A stretch of 32,000 bases of DNA from Candidatus Saccharimonadota bacterium (GCA_046350815.1 JAXLZO010000001.1:120001-152000), one strand, 5' to 3'; counted from the stretch's first letter, positions 10,157 through 20,347 are shown. Numbers and translations: made by a program. The notes: generated by a model from the sequence alone, not told the origin.

Positions 10157-10882
10157 ATGCAACATCGTCTTCATATGATACTTGCATCAGTAGTGTTCAT
10201 CGCATCCATCGCGCCAAGCACTTCATTTGCGACTGCGTATCCTGAAATCAACTGTGCAACACAGAAGGCTTTTGAGTCCAATAGTTGTGATCAATGTTTT
10301 GATGGAGGTACTATCAAGGCAGGTGACACACTTGGTCGCCTCATTGACACGTGGACAAATCGTGGATCCAACGATCAAATAGCATACAAAGACGAGCAAA
10401 AATGGCCAGATGTTGTGAATATTGGCGGATCAAACACACTCTGGAGTATGAATCCAAAAGATCCAAACGAATTTTGGACCTATGGAAAATGAGTTATCTG
10501 GACCAAGGCTCCAGCAGCAAGTGGATCAGTGGCACGAGATCAATTTATTCTTGGACCAGGAAAGAATGTTAGCTTCATCGAGGCAGATGCACTCGGATCA
10601 ACCTATACACTCGTCTCGACTGACAAGAAAAATGGAGAGCTTATCGGTCTTGCAAAATTCCCAGTTGTCTATCGCGAGACCGATGCATTCGGAAAAGAAG
10701 GAGCTGCGGATACGCACTACGAATGTGTGGCATACAAAGCACCAGTCATTGCAACAACTCCAAAGCCAATACCACCAAAAGCAACTCAAACACAGACAGG
10801 ACCTCAGGAAGTTATCCTTGTTATCGCAGCCCTCCTCCTCGGACTCCTCACGGTACTCGTTGTAAAGAAGAAATCAATCTAA
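10157..10882 (+). CDS. secreted protein with a C-terminal membrane anchor (sorting-signal-like)
   Basis: It has a signal peptide (SFA|TA). ORF pieces 10157..10492 and 10529..10882 share a frame across one TGA. The C-terminus reads TQTGPQE, then a 20-residue hydrophobic stretch, then KKKSI. Confidence 0.7.
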
Positions 10883-10884
10883 TA

Positions 10885-10918
10885 AAAATAACTTTTACCT
10901 ATAGGTAAAAGTTATTTT
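10885..10918 (+). terminator. rho-independent terminator
   Basis: aaaataacttttacc tat aggtaaaagttatttt. Confidence 0.8.
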
Positions 10919-10963
10919 CTCATACTAATTAGATTTTCACTTTAGCATCTTACAATTCAAAAA

Positions 10964-11371
10964 ATGACAAAACAAATCTTTATCAATCTAGCAGTCAAAG
11001 ACCTAAAAAAATCTATGGATTTTTATACTGCGCTCGGCTTTACGAACAATCCTCAATTTTCGGATGATAGTGGAAAATGTATGGTTTGGGGTGATAATAT
11101 TTTTGTCATGCTCTTAACTCACGAAAAGTTCGCAAACTTTGCAACCAAACCCATTGCCGATACAAAATCAAATGTAGCAGCACTTTTTTCACTATCAACT
11201 GACAGTGTAGACGAAGTAAACACTATTGTAACAAATGGGCTCAAAGCTGGTGGGATAGAACCAAGCGAAATGCGAGATTATGGATTTATGCAACAGAGAA
11301 CGATTGAAGACTTTGACGGACACGCTTGGGAGATTTTCTATATGGATATTTCAAAATTTCCGAAAGAATAA
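10964..11371 (+). CDS. VOC (glyoxalase/bleomycin-resistance) family protein
   Basis: 135 aa. The N-terminus is INLAVKDLKKSMDFYTALGF and the C-terminus is FMQQRTIEDFDGHAWEIFYMD, both typical of small VOC proteins. Confidence 0.8.
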   Translation: MTKQIFINLAVKDLKKSMDFYTALGFTNNPQFSDDSGKCMVWGDNIFVMLLTHEKFANFATKPIADTKSNVAALFSLSTDSVDEVNTIVTNGLKAGGIEPSEMRDYGFMQQRTIEDFDGHAWEIFYMDISKFPKE

Positions 11372-11381
11372 CCGACAATAT

Positions 11382-11409
11382 AAAAACCGCATCGTACGAT
11401 GCGGTTTTT
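11382..11409. terminator. bidirectional terminator
   Basis: aaaaaccgcatcg ta cgatgcggttttt lies between convergent genes. Confidence 0.8.
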
Positions 11410-11430
11410 ATATTCAGCACGAAATCACAT

Positions 11431-11742
11431 CTAAGAAATATTCCCACGAACCAGAGTACGAACTCTCTCAATCAGAAAAGTCGTCTCCTCAACATGATGC
11501 TGCTCGAGTCGATTGTAACGCTCCTCCCAAGAAAGAGTTTCATCATCACGATAGCGAGCAACTCGAATCCAACCAAATGTTTCCAATATTTTCTGAGCTT
11601 CCAGTGGAGTCAAGGATTGATCGACAGGAAGAGAATCGAGAATATGTGCTACGAGCAACTGAAAAAACTCTGGATTTTCTTCTTGAAATTGAGTAATTTT
11701 TGAAAGATCGGGGGCATTAGATGATGGAAGATTCTCTGACAT
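11431..11742 (-). CDS. hypothetical protein (103 aa)
   Basis: An intact ORF in the track, co-oriented with the next gene. I recognise no family. Confidence 0.5.
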   Translation of the reverse strand: MSENLPSSNAPDLSKITQFQEENPEFFQLLVAHILDSLPVDQSLTPLEAQKILETFGWIRVARYRDDETLSWEERYNRLEQHHVEETTFLIERVRTLVRGNIS

Positions 11743-11786
11743 GGAAAATATTTTAGTCTAAAGAAGGTAATACTTTAGATGACGTG

Positions 11787-12413
11787 TTAAAGATGTTTGC
11801 GTTTATCTAATAAAGATGATGCTATATGACTAACCTCTTTCCGTTTGAGCCCCCTATCTATAATTGTATTCACAATATTACGTGTATATATATGTTTACT
11901 TGGCAAAAGAAGCTGAAGGCTTTCAATTTGCCCCTCATGTTTTTTATTTCTTCCATAACGAAAATAGTCCTTTAGATTTTTAAGTAGCCTATTATCAATT
12001 CACATTAAATCAGCCTGATAAATCAAACCAGCATCTCTATATTTTCCATAAACGCGTATAAAGAAATCATAAGAAGTTTCATTTTGTGAGTTGTACGGAT
12101 CAAATTTCTCAATATCCCTAAATCACAACTTAATATTCTCCAATTCTTGCTCCAGCGGATCCATCACAAGACCATATTTATTCTTCCGCGGTTCGGTAAG
12201 AATTTGTTCTTTGATTTGCTCTTCTGAGAGCACTGGGATGATAGGATTCTTTCCTTTCGTAAGGACAGCTTTCACCTTCGGGGCAATCGTTGCGAATATC
12301 TCCGGATGAAGCTCACGAAACCGAACAAGAGCTTCAAGATTCGCAAGATGTTGCTGTGCTTCTTGAGTGATTTCTTGATCTGATTCTCAAAATGATTTTT
12401 GTACTTCAGACAT
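11787..12413 (-). CDS. hypothetical protein (208 aa)
   Basis: ATG at 12413 (MSEVQKSF...). The frame stays open through 3 TGA to TAA 11787-11789. The standard-code track misses this gene. Confidence 0.5.
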
Positions 12414-12561
12414 ATTACTTCTAGGAAAAATATATCATACTCATAGTTCTATTTCGTCAATACAATTGAGGAAGTCAAGAGTGAGTTTTGTCTTGGAGCA
12501 ACTCCCCTTAACTCCCTCAACGAGGAGAAACGAGAAAGAGATAGATATTCTAGATTATTAT

Positions 12562-12644
12562 CCCCCTGATAAGGGGTCAGATTTATCAATCCAGTGAGCG
12601 ACACAGTCGTCGTGAGTCGGGGAATGAAAGGGGGTTTGTATCCC
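12562..12644 (+). ncRNA. ~80-nt structured repeat module, copy A (function unknown)
   Basis: It aligns with copies at 12904-12976 and 26756-26835. The internal 5-bp hairpin (12597-12612) differs from the other copies by compensatory changes. The ends, gataagggg and gggggtttgtat, match the inverted repeats of the miaB cassette. Confidence 0.45.
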
Positions 12645-12903
12645 TAAGATAGAAAGGTCGGCTACAGGCAATACAGTGAGGCACACAAACGTACCATATC
12701 GTAAATCTTTGGTTCTTGAAATTCCATGAGAATACCTTAAATATAAAGGATTCTCCATATGATCGAAATGATAAAAACCGTCATCCTGAACTTGATTCAG
12801 GATCTACTATCCATTCAGAAGATTCCCGTCTACACGGGAATGACAACATTTATCATTCCAAAGAACACATGAAAGTTGCAGAGTTCAGCTAAATGAACTT
12901 ATT

Positions 12904-12976
12904 CCCTCTCGTTGAGGGCAAGGTTCACCAGTCCAGTAAATCGCATAGACGCGATGAGTCGGGGGTTAGGGGGAGC
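12904..12976 (+). ncRNA. structured repeat module, copy B
   Basis: ccagtaaatcgcatagacgcgatgagtcggg matches the core of copy C; its flanks have diverged. Confidence 0.4.
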
Positions 12977-12999
12977 TACCGAATCATCTCTTTCACCGA

Positions 13000-13416
13000 T
13001 CATTTGATAATCTCATTCTTTGGTCCGAGCGAATCATCTCGCCTCTCGAGAAGATAGATACGCCTATAGACACGCCCGCTTGCAGTACTCACTTGTTCCG
13101 GCGCAATATTTGTCCCATTCTCAAGTATATATGCACCAGATTCGAGCAAAGAACCGGTAAATATGGTATAGTTGTGTGTCGTATCATCTCTATATATACT
13201 GAAAGTTTCGTTCTCTACAATGCCCTTAGTGTCAATATTGTGAGCAATGGTACGAGCATTCATTTTCACGAGAAACATCATATACGACGATTCGAATTCT
13301 GTTTGCATTTGGCTACTCTTGACAAGAAAAAAAGTGATACTCACAAGAAGTCATGCCAAAATAGCAATAGCGACAATGATAGCGACAAGCGATTCTCCAC
13401 GATTTTGACGAAACAT
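13000..13416 (-). CDS. pilin-like protein (degenerate prepilin N-terminus)
   Basis: MFRQNRG|ESLVAIIVAIAILAGLLV. There is one in-frame TGA inside the hydrophobic helix. The gene is divergent from the pilin operon. Confidence 0.55.
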
Positions 13417-13476
13417 CGAGATGATATTTGAAGTATCATCAAGTATAGTTATACTCTCAAAAAGCCAAAACGAAAT

Positions 13477-14145
13477 ATGCGGATATTCTCGAATCATCGT
13501 GGCATGACACTCATCGAACTCATTGTTGGCATAAGCATTACCGGGTTGGTACTCTCAGCATTGCTCTATTTTTTGGTCGGTTCAGCAAGTCAGATTGCCA
13601 GCCTCCAATGACAAAATTCAACCGTATCGTGACTCTCAGAATTGAACGATACAATCACCTCTATCCGTCGTAGCTATAGTAGTTCAGAGATTATCTATGA
13701 AAATGGGCAGAATAAGGGATATGATGTGATCCTCTTCTCTCGCAGGGAAAACTCGTGAGCAATCAATGGTGTTCTGATGGGTATTGTAGTACAAAGTGGA
13801 AGTACCGGATCCTATCTTGATCGCCCGTCAGAAGTCAATATCTATCGAGAAAAACAATTTGGTTTTCTGAAGGTAGGTGATACGACCATAAATACTATTC
13901 TATCCGCGACAGGGTCACTCCGAGAAGAAGTACTCTTCTGATCGGGAAGCACACCATGAATTGATATGAGTGATGCTCTTGTTGTCAAAAATCTTTTTCC
14001 ACTCTCTTTTGATGTGAAGAACTACAATAGCGGAGCTATCACTGAAGGACTAATTCAACTTACTCCACAATTTTTTCCAAATCGCTCGGGTGAAGCTCTC
14101 AATACTATTGATCTCGATCGTTGGTCATTTGTACTTGATTTTTAA
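13477..14145 (+). CDS. type IV pilin / pseudopilin (prepilin-type N-terminal cleavage-methylation domain)
   Basis: Classic motif HRG|MTLIELIVGISITGLVL. The frame is continuous through 5 TGA to TAA 14143-14145. Confidence 0.8.
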
Positions 14146-14146
14146 T

Positions 14147-15412
14147 ATGCGCAATTTGCAACCACTACACAATCGCAGAGGATCCATTTTTATACTCGTA
14201 CTGATCGTGACATTTCTTGCTGTGATGTTCGGGTACCTTATCTTCCAGACTAGTACAAATATCCACAAAATGAGTGAAGAACAGACTATTCAATCGGTTC
14301 TGGAGAGAAATATGAATACAAAGGCGGAGCGAGCATTTGCACTCTCCGCAAGTCTTAATGCCAATGGATCATGATTCACAAATACACCGTCATGTCCTAA
14401 TGTGACTCTCTCAGGAAATACAATCACAGAAACAATACAAACCCATCATTCCTATGATGGATCAATGCTGACTTGTGCTGGAATATATCCATCATCCTCC
14501 ACAAATCATGCAAATTTCTACATACAATTGAGCGATGATTTTACAAGCTACACATGAGCCTCCTATAAAAGCATTGATATAAAACCTCTCTCACTCAGTG
14601 GATGAGAATATAGTGCAACCTTTACTGATAGTGATCAAACTATCGCCACATGGAATGGTGCTATCACCTGGTCAAATATCGATGCAAATCTCAATTCTGA
14701 CAATTTTCGCAGTGATTCTTATTCGGGAGTACAATATCAAATATTGAGTGGTAGCACACTTGGAAATCAATTCAGTGATGACGACAGCCAATGACGCAAA
14801 ATGATCACAGGATTTGCAGGTTATGGAGACGGATTTATAAATATCTACTGGAATACACCGGGAGTAGAATCCTACATCAAGAAAAACTCAAATAACCACT
14901 CTGGCACAACCGATCTATCGGAACCACTTTGAATGTATATTAGCGATGTACTGAGTGGAGCGATTCATCTGGAAGTTGACGGGCCTAGCGATCTTCGTAT
15001 CATCGAATACGATAAATCCCTCTACAAGGAGAATCAAACAAGAAAAATCCTCTCCACCAAGAACTATAGTTTCACTGGCGGAATCAACGGATACCTCACT
15101 TCAACAGGTATCATCAATCTATCCTATGACAGCACACCGAGTGCGGATGAATTTTCTTGGGATATGAGAGATCATCTCTATGGTGTATTTCTCAGATCGC
15201 AATCATGAGCACAAAATACACAATCTCAGATCCGATACATTCTCCGTATGAAGGATATATCATGAAAAGATATCTACATTACACCACTCATTGATGAGAT
15301 GCGAGATGCAAATAGTGGACTCTGGAAATATTGGAGCAACGATATTATTCTCCTCGATTCCTGAGATCAGTATGCTCGAGAATGAGAAGTTGTTCGTACT
15401 ATCTATCAATAA
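14147..15412 (+). CDS. PilX-N-like pilus-associated protein (421 aa)
   Basis: It starts 1 nt after the upstream stop. The N-terminus RRGSIFILVLIVTFLAVMFG resembles the PilX N-terminal domain. ORF pieces 14090.. and 14933.. share a frame across several TGA, ending at TAA 15410-15412. Confidence 0.6.
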
Positions 15413-15423
15413 TAATTACCTCT

Positions 15424-15813
15424 ATGTTTCAGATATTTAAGAAAAAATCTTCTCTTCATATTCCTTTTCTTAATGGAGAAAGCACGAACGTTTCAGAAGT
15501 AGAAAGTCTACGTACCAAAGAGAGAATTTTTCTCACGTGGGCAATCATTGCCACACTACTTCTCCTACTCGTGGGTGCTGTGATTGGTTTTTTCTACCTC
15601 AAAAATCACGTATTCGAGCTCGGAGTGAAAGCATGAGAACAAGCATCCTATAAACGCCTCTATACATCTGTACAAGATGCTGGATGTCGACCAATCGATA
15701 TTAGTGCACCGGAGGGGTCGGCACAATGAGCAAAGGTATCGCTCCTGAATATGGCGTGCTTTATGCAACCACAGAGATCAAATAGCTGAACTATCATAAG
15801 AAATGGGCGATAG
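15424..15813 (+). CDS. small single-pass membrane protein, last gene of the pilin cluster
   Basis: ATG at 15424 and TM helix WAIIATLLLLLVGAVIGFFYL. It has 3 in-frame TGA and stops at TAG 15811-15813, overlapping the recJ start. Confidence 0.5.
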
Positions 15814-17518
15814 TAAAATTCTTTCTTCGCTCCTTGAGAAACAGTATGTACTTCTACAAGAAGATAATCAATCAATAGAACATCTTCTTCTCACTCATCG
15901 TAATCTTCCTACGGATCTTCTCTCGCAGGAAGATTTTCTCCATCCACAATTTCATCATCTTCATGATCCATACCTGTTTCCTCAGATGCAAGAGGCGGTT
16001 GATAGAATCCTCAAGGCACGTGATAATTATGAACGGATAGTGATATTTGGTGATTACGATGTTGATGGAGTATCATCCACCGCTCTCCTAGTGAAATTTC
16101 TCACACAGATCGGATGTGAGGTCTCATACCGACTTCCTCATAGAGTGAAAGATGGGTATGGATTAAAAGCATATTTTATCGATGAACTCAAATCAAAAGA
16201 TGTATCTCTCGTGATCACAGTAGACTGCTGAACTCGTGACATTGACGTGATCAATCATGCTCATTCCATCGGCGTTGACGTTATCGTGACAGACCACCAT
16301 GCAGTTCCACACACCATACCAGAACATGCAATTGCCTTACTCAATCCGAAGATTCCGGATACTACCTATCCTTTTTCATCACTTTCAGGATCATGAGTAG
16401 CATTCAAGTTGCTGCATGCACTGACGATAGCACTCGAAAAAAACACAAAAAAACAAGAAGAAATACTCAGACAATACATCGATATTGCAACACTTGGTAC
16501 CATTGCTGACTGTATGCCACTCATCGGCGAAAATCGTATCATTGCTACACTCGGACTCAGAGAGCTCAGACGATCTGGATCAATCGGAATTCGTAAACTC
16601 CTCGAGGGCAAAGATCCACATGAAAAAGATGGAGATATTGTAGGATTTCATATCGGACCACGTATTAATGCTGCTGGTCGTATGGATACACCATATACCG
16701 CCCTCTCATTACTCCTCGCCGGTGAGTCCCGGATCGATCCTATCGTGGCAGAAATCGAGATGCTCAATACTTCACGCCGTGACGAGACGAAATTTGCCAC
16801 CGAACGAGCACTCGAAGAAATGGATGTTTCTGGAGAGATTCTCTGGTATGCAAAAGACGACATCGAACATGGCATCATTGGACTTATCGCAGGAAAGTTA
16901 GCAAATGATTTTTCCAAGGTATCGATCGTCCTCAAGGGTGAATGAGAAAAGCTCGTCGCATCGGCACGAAGCGGTGGAGTATGTGATCTCATGGAGCTTC
17001 TCACTCCATCTGCCCATCTCTTCATTGCCTATGGTGGTCATCGCGAAGCAGCAGGATTTAGCGTGAACAAAGCAAAAAGTGACGAGCTCTATAAGTCACT
17101 CTGTGCAACCTATCGCGAGATAGAGAAAAAAGGAGACCAAAAAACTTCATCGAAAATTACAGCCATAGACAAAATCCTCAGTGAAGAATATTTAACACTC
17201 GATTTTTATGAGCAAGTCATGCAACTTGGTCCATATGGAGTATGATTTCCAAAACCAATATTCGGAGTGGAAGTCGATCTGCGAGAAATGCAAGATCTTG
17301 GTTCATCGTGAGAGCATATATCTTTTATTCTGAAAAAATCCAAGAAATTCGAAGAGCAAGTCAAAGCAGTTGGATTTAGTATGCGAGGTCTGATTCCCAA
17401 TAATCAAGATCAAAAAGCACTTTTGATAGGTGAACTCACCAAAAACGTCTGGAACGATCGAGTAAGTCTTCAGTTTATGATACGAGATATTATTTTGTGT
17501 GACAGTGTATGAAGCTAA
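15803..17518 (+). CDS. recJ: single-stranded-DNA-specific exonuclease RecJ
   Basis: DHH motifs are present (IFGDYDVDGVSS, ITVDCG with G encoded by TGA, VTDHH) along with the DHHA1 motif GGHREAAGF. ORF pieces 15803.., 16409.. and 16991.. share one frame. Confidence 0.92.
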
Positions 17519-19539
17519 TAAAACCACAAACATTCTACATCAAGACATTCGGCTGTGCGATGAACTATGCGGATAGTGAGAAAGTAAATATGATCCTCAT
17601 GTCCGCATGACTTCGCAAGGTAGTTGATCCAACCAAAGCTGATGTTGTTATTCTGAACACCTGTAGCGTCCGTCAAAAGGGCGAAGATAAAGTGTTCGGA
17701 TTTATGAGGGAACTCGAAAAATTCCACAAATGATCAGATAAAATGCCTCTTTTCGGAGTTACTGGCTGTATGGTGCGAAAAAGTGGCATCGCACGAAAAC
17801 ATCTTAAAAGACTCAAAGATATCGAAGATATCAAACGTTCTGGTGTACAAAAGATTACACGAGTAGATTCAAGTGATGCCCTCGAAAACTATGATGATGA
17901 GCTTTTTCTGCGAACACAACTCATTGATTTTACCTTTCGTATTGAGGAGGTAAGCTATCTCACTCAGATTCTTACACGAATTTGTGGTGAACATATAGGA
18001 AACGATGCAAAATTCAACGAATATCTCCAAGTCAAACAACTCCAAGAAAATCCCGCTTCTGCTAATATCATCATCCAGACTGGTTGTGATAATTTTTGTA
18101 GTTTTTGTATTGTCCCATATACCCGCGGCCGAGAGATCTCACGTTCTCAAGATGAAATTGTACAGGAAGTGAAACGCGTGGTAAGCGAGTGAACAAAAGA
18201 AATCACCCTCCTCGGACAGAATGTAAACAGCTATGGAAAAGAAACCAAGAAAAAACTCTGGAACGAAGAAGAAATGCGATGGGTACAAAATATAGCCTCC
18301 TTTGGGAAAGAAGGTGCTGAAAACGAGAAACAAAATGGAACTCTTCCCTTCTTGAGGGGTGCCGAAGGCGGGGTGGATGTATTAAATCCCCATGATAAGG
18401 GGGACATAGGGGGTTTGTATCCACAAAACATATCCCACGAAAAATACATCCCATACAATCCAGACCTAAAAGAACGAGCTCAAGAACTACGAAAAAATCA
18501 AACTCTATTCGAGAAAATATTCTGGTATCAAATTCTCAAACAAGGAGAACTTTGACAGCACAAATTCACGAGACAAAAGCCACTCATCGATTTTATTGTT
18601 GATTTTTATTGTTCAGAACTTTCTCTTGTAATAGAAATCGATGGAGATAGTCATGCCAATCAAGAAAAATACGATATTGAGAGAACACAAAAACTTGAAT
18701 CATATGGATTGAGAGTTATTCGATACTCAAATAGAGAAGTCCAGAACAACCCAGAAGGCGTATATGAGGATTTACTCATCAAAATACAAACCCCCCTTAA
18801 TCCCCCCTTATCAGGTGGGCACACACATTTTACCACTCCATTTCGTGATCTTCTCGATGCTCTCGGGGAGATAGGCTGACTTGATCGTATTCGATTTACG
18901 AGCTCCAATCCTCATGATATGACCAAAGATATTCTCGATGCTCATTTTGAGGTACCATGAATGTGTCCATATCTTCACTTTGCACTCCAATCAGGATCGA
19001 ACAGTATGCTCAAGAGGATGAATCGTAAGCATACCTATGAAGATTTCAAAACACAGGTTGAGTATCTCCGATCTCAGGATCCACTCTTCTCAATATCCAC
19101 AGATATAATTGTCGGATTTCCATGAGAGACAGAAGAAGAATTCCAGGCAACGGTCACAGCAATGCAGGAGTGCCAATTCGACTTTGCTTATATTGCTCGC
19201 TACTCTCCACGCTCAGGAACGAGAGCGACAGATACAATGGAAGATGATATCTCAGCAGAGGAAAAAGCACGTCGATGGTCTATCCTCAACGATATTCTCA
19301 GAGAAACCGTTGCAAACCGATCAAGACTCCTTATCGGAAGAGAAGAAGAAATACTCATCAGTGGAGAAGATGGAGATGGAAATCTCTGTGGCCGTACTCG
19401 CAATTTCAAGGAAGTCTACATTCCAAATACCCACTTGATAAAGGGGGGTAGGGGGGATTTTGCTCCTATCAAAAAAGGCGATCTCGTGAAAGTAAAGATT
19501 ATTGAGCTGGATGGATGGGTATTGAGAGGGAAATTTTAA
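17509..19539 (+). CDS. miaB: tRNA methylthiotransferase MiaB-like (radical SAM + TRAM) carrying an in-frame DUF559 insertion
   Basis: Motifs: N-terminal [16 protein letters not shown], the radical-SAM [37 protein letters not shown], and GFPGET with G encoded by TGA 19123-19125. A TRAM-like C-terminus follows. All pieces (17509, 17743, 18274, 19162) share one frame. Confidence 0.85.
18394..18813 (+). mobile_element. inverted-repeat-bounded DUF559 (Vsr/PD-(D/E)XK-like endonuclease) cassette inside miaB
   Basis: The left repeat is gataagggggacatagggggtttgtat (18394-18420). The right repeat is atacaaaccccccttaatccccccttatc (18784-18812), which is its reverse complement with 2 indels. Between them lies [28 protein letters not shown]...[21 protein letters not shown]...RVIRYSN, the DUF559 pattern. 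Confidence 0.75.
19436..19460 (+). repeat. solo copy of the cassette inverted-repeat sequence, in frame in the miaB TRAM region
   Basis: gataaaggggggtaggggggatttt compared with the left repeat gataagggggacatagggggtttgtat. It translates as LIKGGRGDF. Confidence 0.7.
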
Positions 19540-19576
19540 AAGAGTTAAATTAACTAAAAATATCAGCCTGACTTTA

Positions 19577-20347
19577 ATGAAACCTATATACTATCTCAAT
19601 AGTTCACTCGCTATCTCATACGTAAGTCAATCTCAAAAAATCAGAGTAATGACTGAATCATGGGTGGAGGAGTATTGATTTTGTCCAAATTGTGGAAATC
19701 CTCTTATAAAATCTCGGGCAAATAATCCTGTTGGCGATTTTACATGTTCAAAATGTAATGAGGAGTATGAGTTAAAATCAAAGCATTTCTCTTTTGGTAA
19801 AAAAATTACTGACGGAGCTTATGGAACCATGATTAGTAGATTAAATTCAGATACGAATCCAAGTTTTTTCGGACTCACATACTCAAAAAATCTTGAAATT
19901 ACAAACCTTTTTGTGATACCAAAATTTTATTTCACTCATAAAATTATCGAAAAAAGAAAACCACTTAGCTCGACCGCGAGACGAGCGGGATGGACTGGAT
20001 GCAATATTCTTCTAAACCTTATTCCAGAAAGTGGGAAAATATACTATATACAAAATGGAGAATCTCGTGACAAATCAGATGTACTTAAGGATTGGAAGAA
20101 AACACATTTTCTTTCTGAAGAATCAAATCTGAGTGCAAAATGATGGTTAATTGACGTTATATGATGCATTGAACTACTTGGGAAGCAAGAATTTACCCTT
20201 CAAGATTTATATAACTTCACATGAATACTCCAAGAAAAATATCAAGGAAACAATAACATTGAAGCAAAAATCCGACAACAACTCCAGTTATTACGAAATA
20301 ATGGCTATTTGGACTTCATAGGAAGAGGAAAATATAAACTTTGTTAA
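19577..20347 (+). CDS. DpnI-like methyl-directed (GmATC) type IIM restriction endonuclease
   Basis: These motifs match my memory of the DpnI/Dam-replacing family: SQKIRVMTESWV, CPNCG...DFTCSKCNEEYELKSK, DGAYGTMISRL, PLSSTARRAGWTGCNI, and the C-terminal IRQQLQLLRNNGYLDFIGRGKYK. There are 4 in-frame TGA. Confidence 0.82.

Larger units (their letters stand above)
12501..12976. repeat. large intergenic nest of palindromic and structured repeat modules
   Basis: It holds two copies of the ~80-nt module (12562-12644, 12904-12976), the atcctgaa/ttcaggat-ctactat hairpin (12783-12810), the attcccg/cgggaat hairpin (12822-12841) and a ccctcaacgagg module (12511-12535). Confidence 0.85.

Noticed and set aside
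12558-12758. A 66-aa minus-strand ORF inside the repeat nest (similar ones at 26598..26798 and 26641..26865)
   Set aside because: It is a read-through of G+C-rich palindromic repeat modules. The same pseudo-peptide recurs wherever the repeat occurs, and there are no start-site signals.
18275-18835. The miaB insertion as an intein carrying a homing endonuclease
   Set aside because: I see no Cys/Ser/Thr at the presumed N-junction, no His-Asn plus Cys/Ser/Thr at the C-junction, and no Hint-domain blocks. The insert is instead bounded by DNA inverted repeats.
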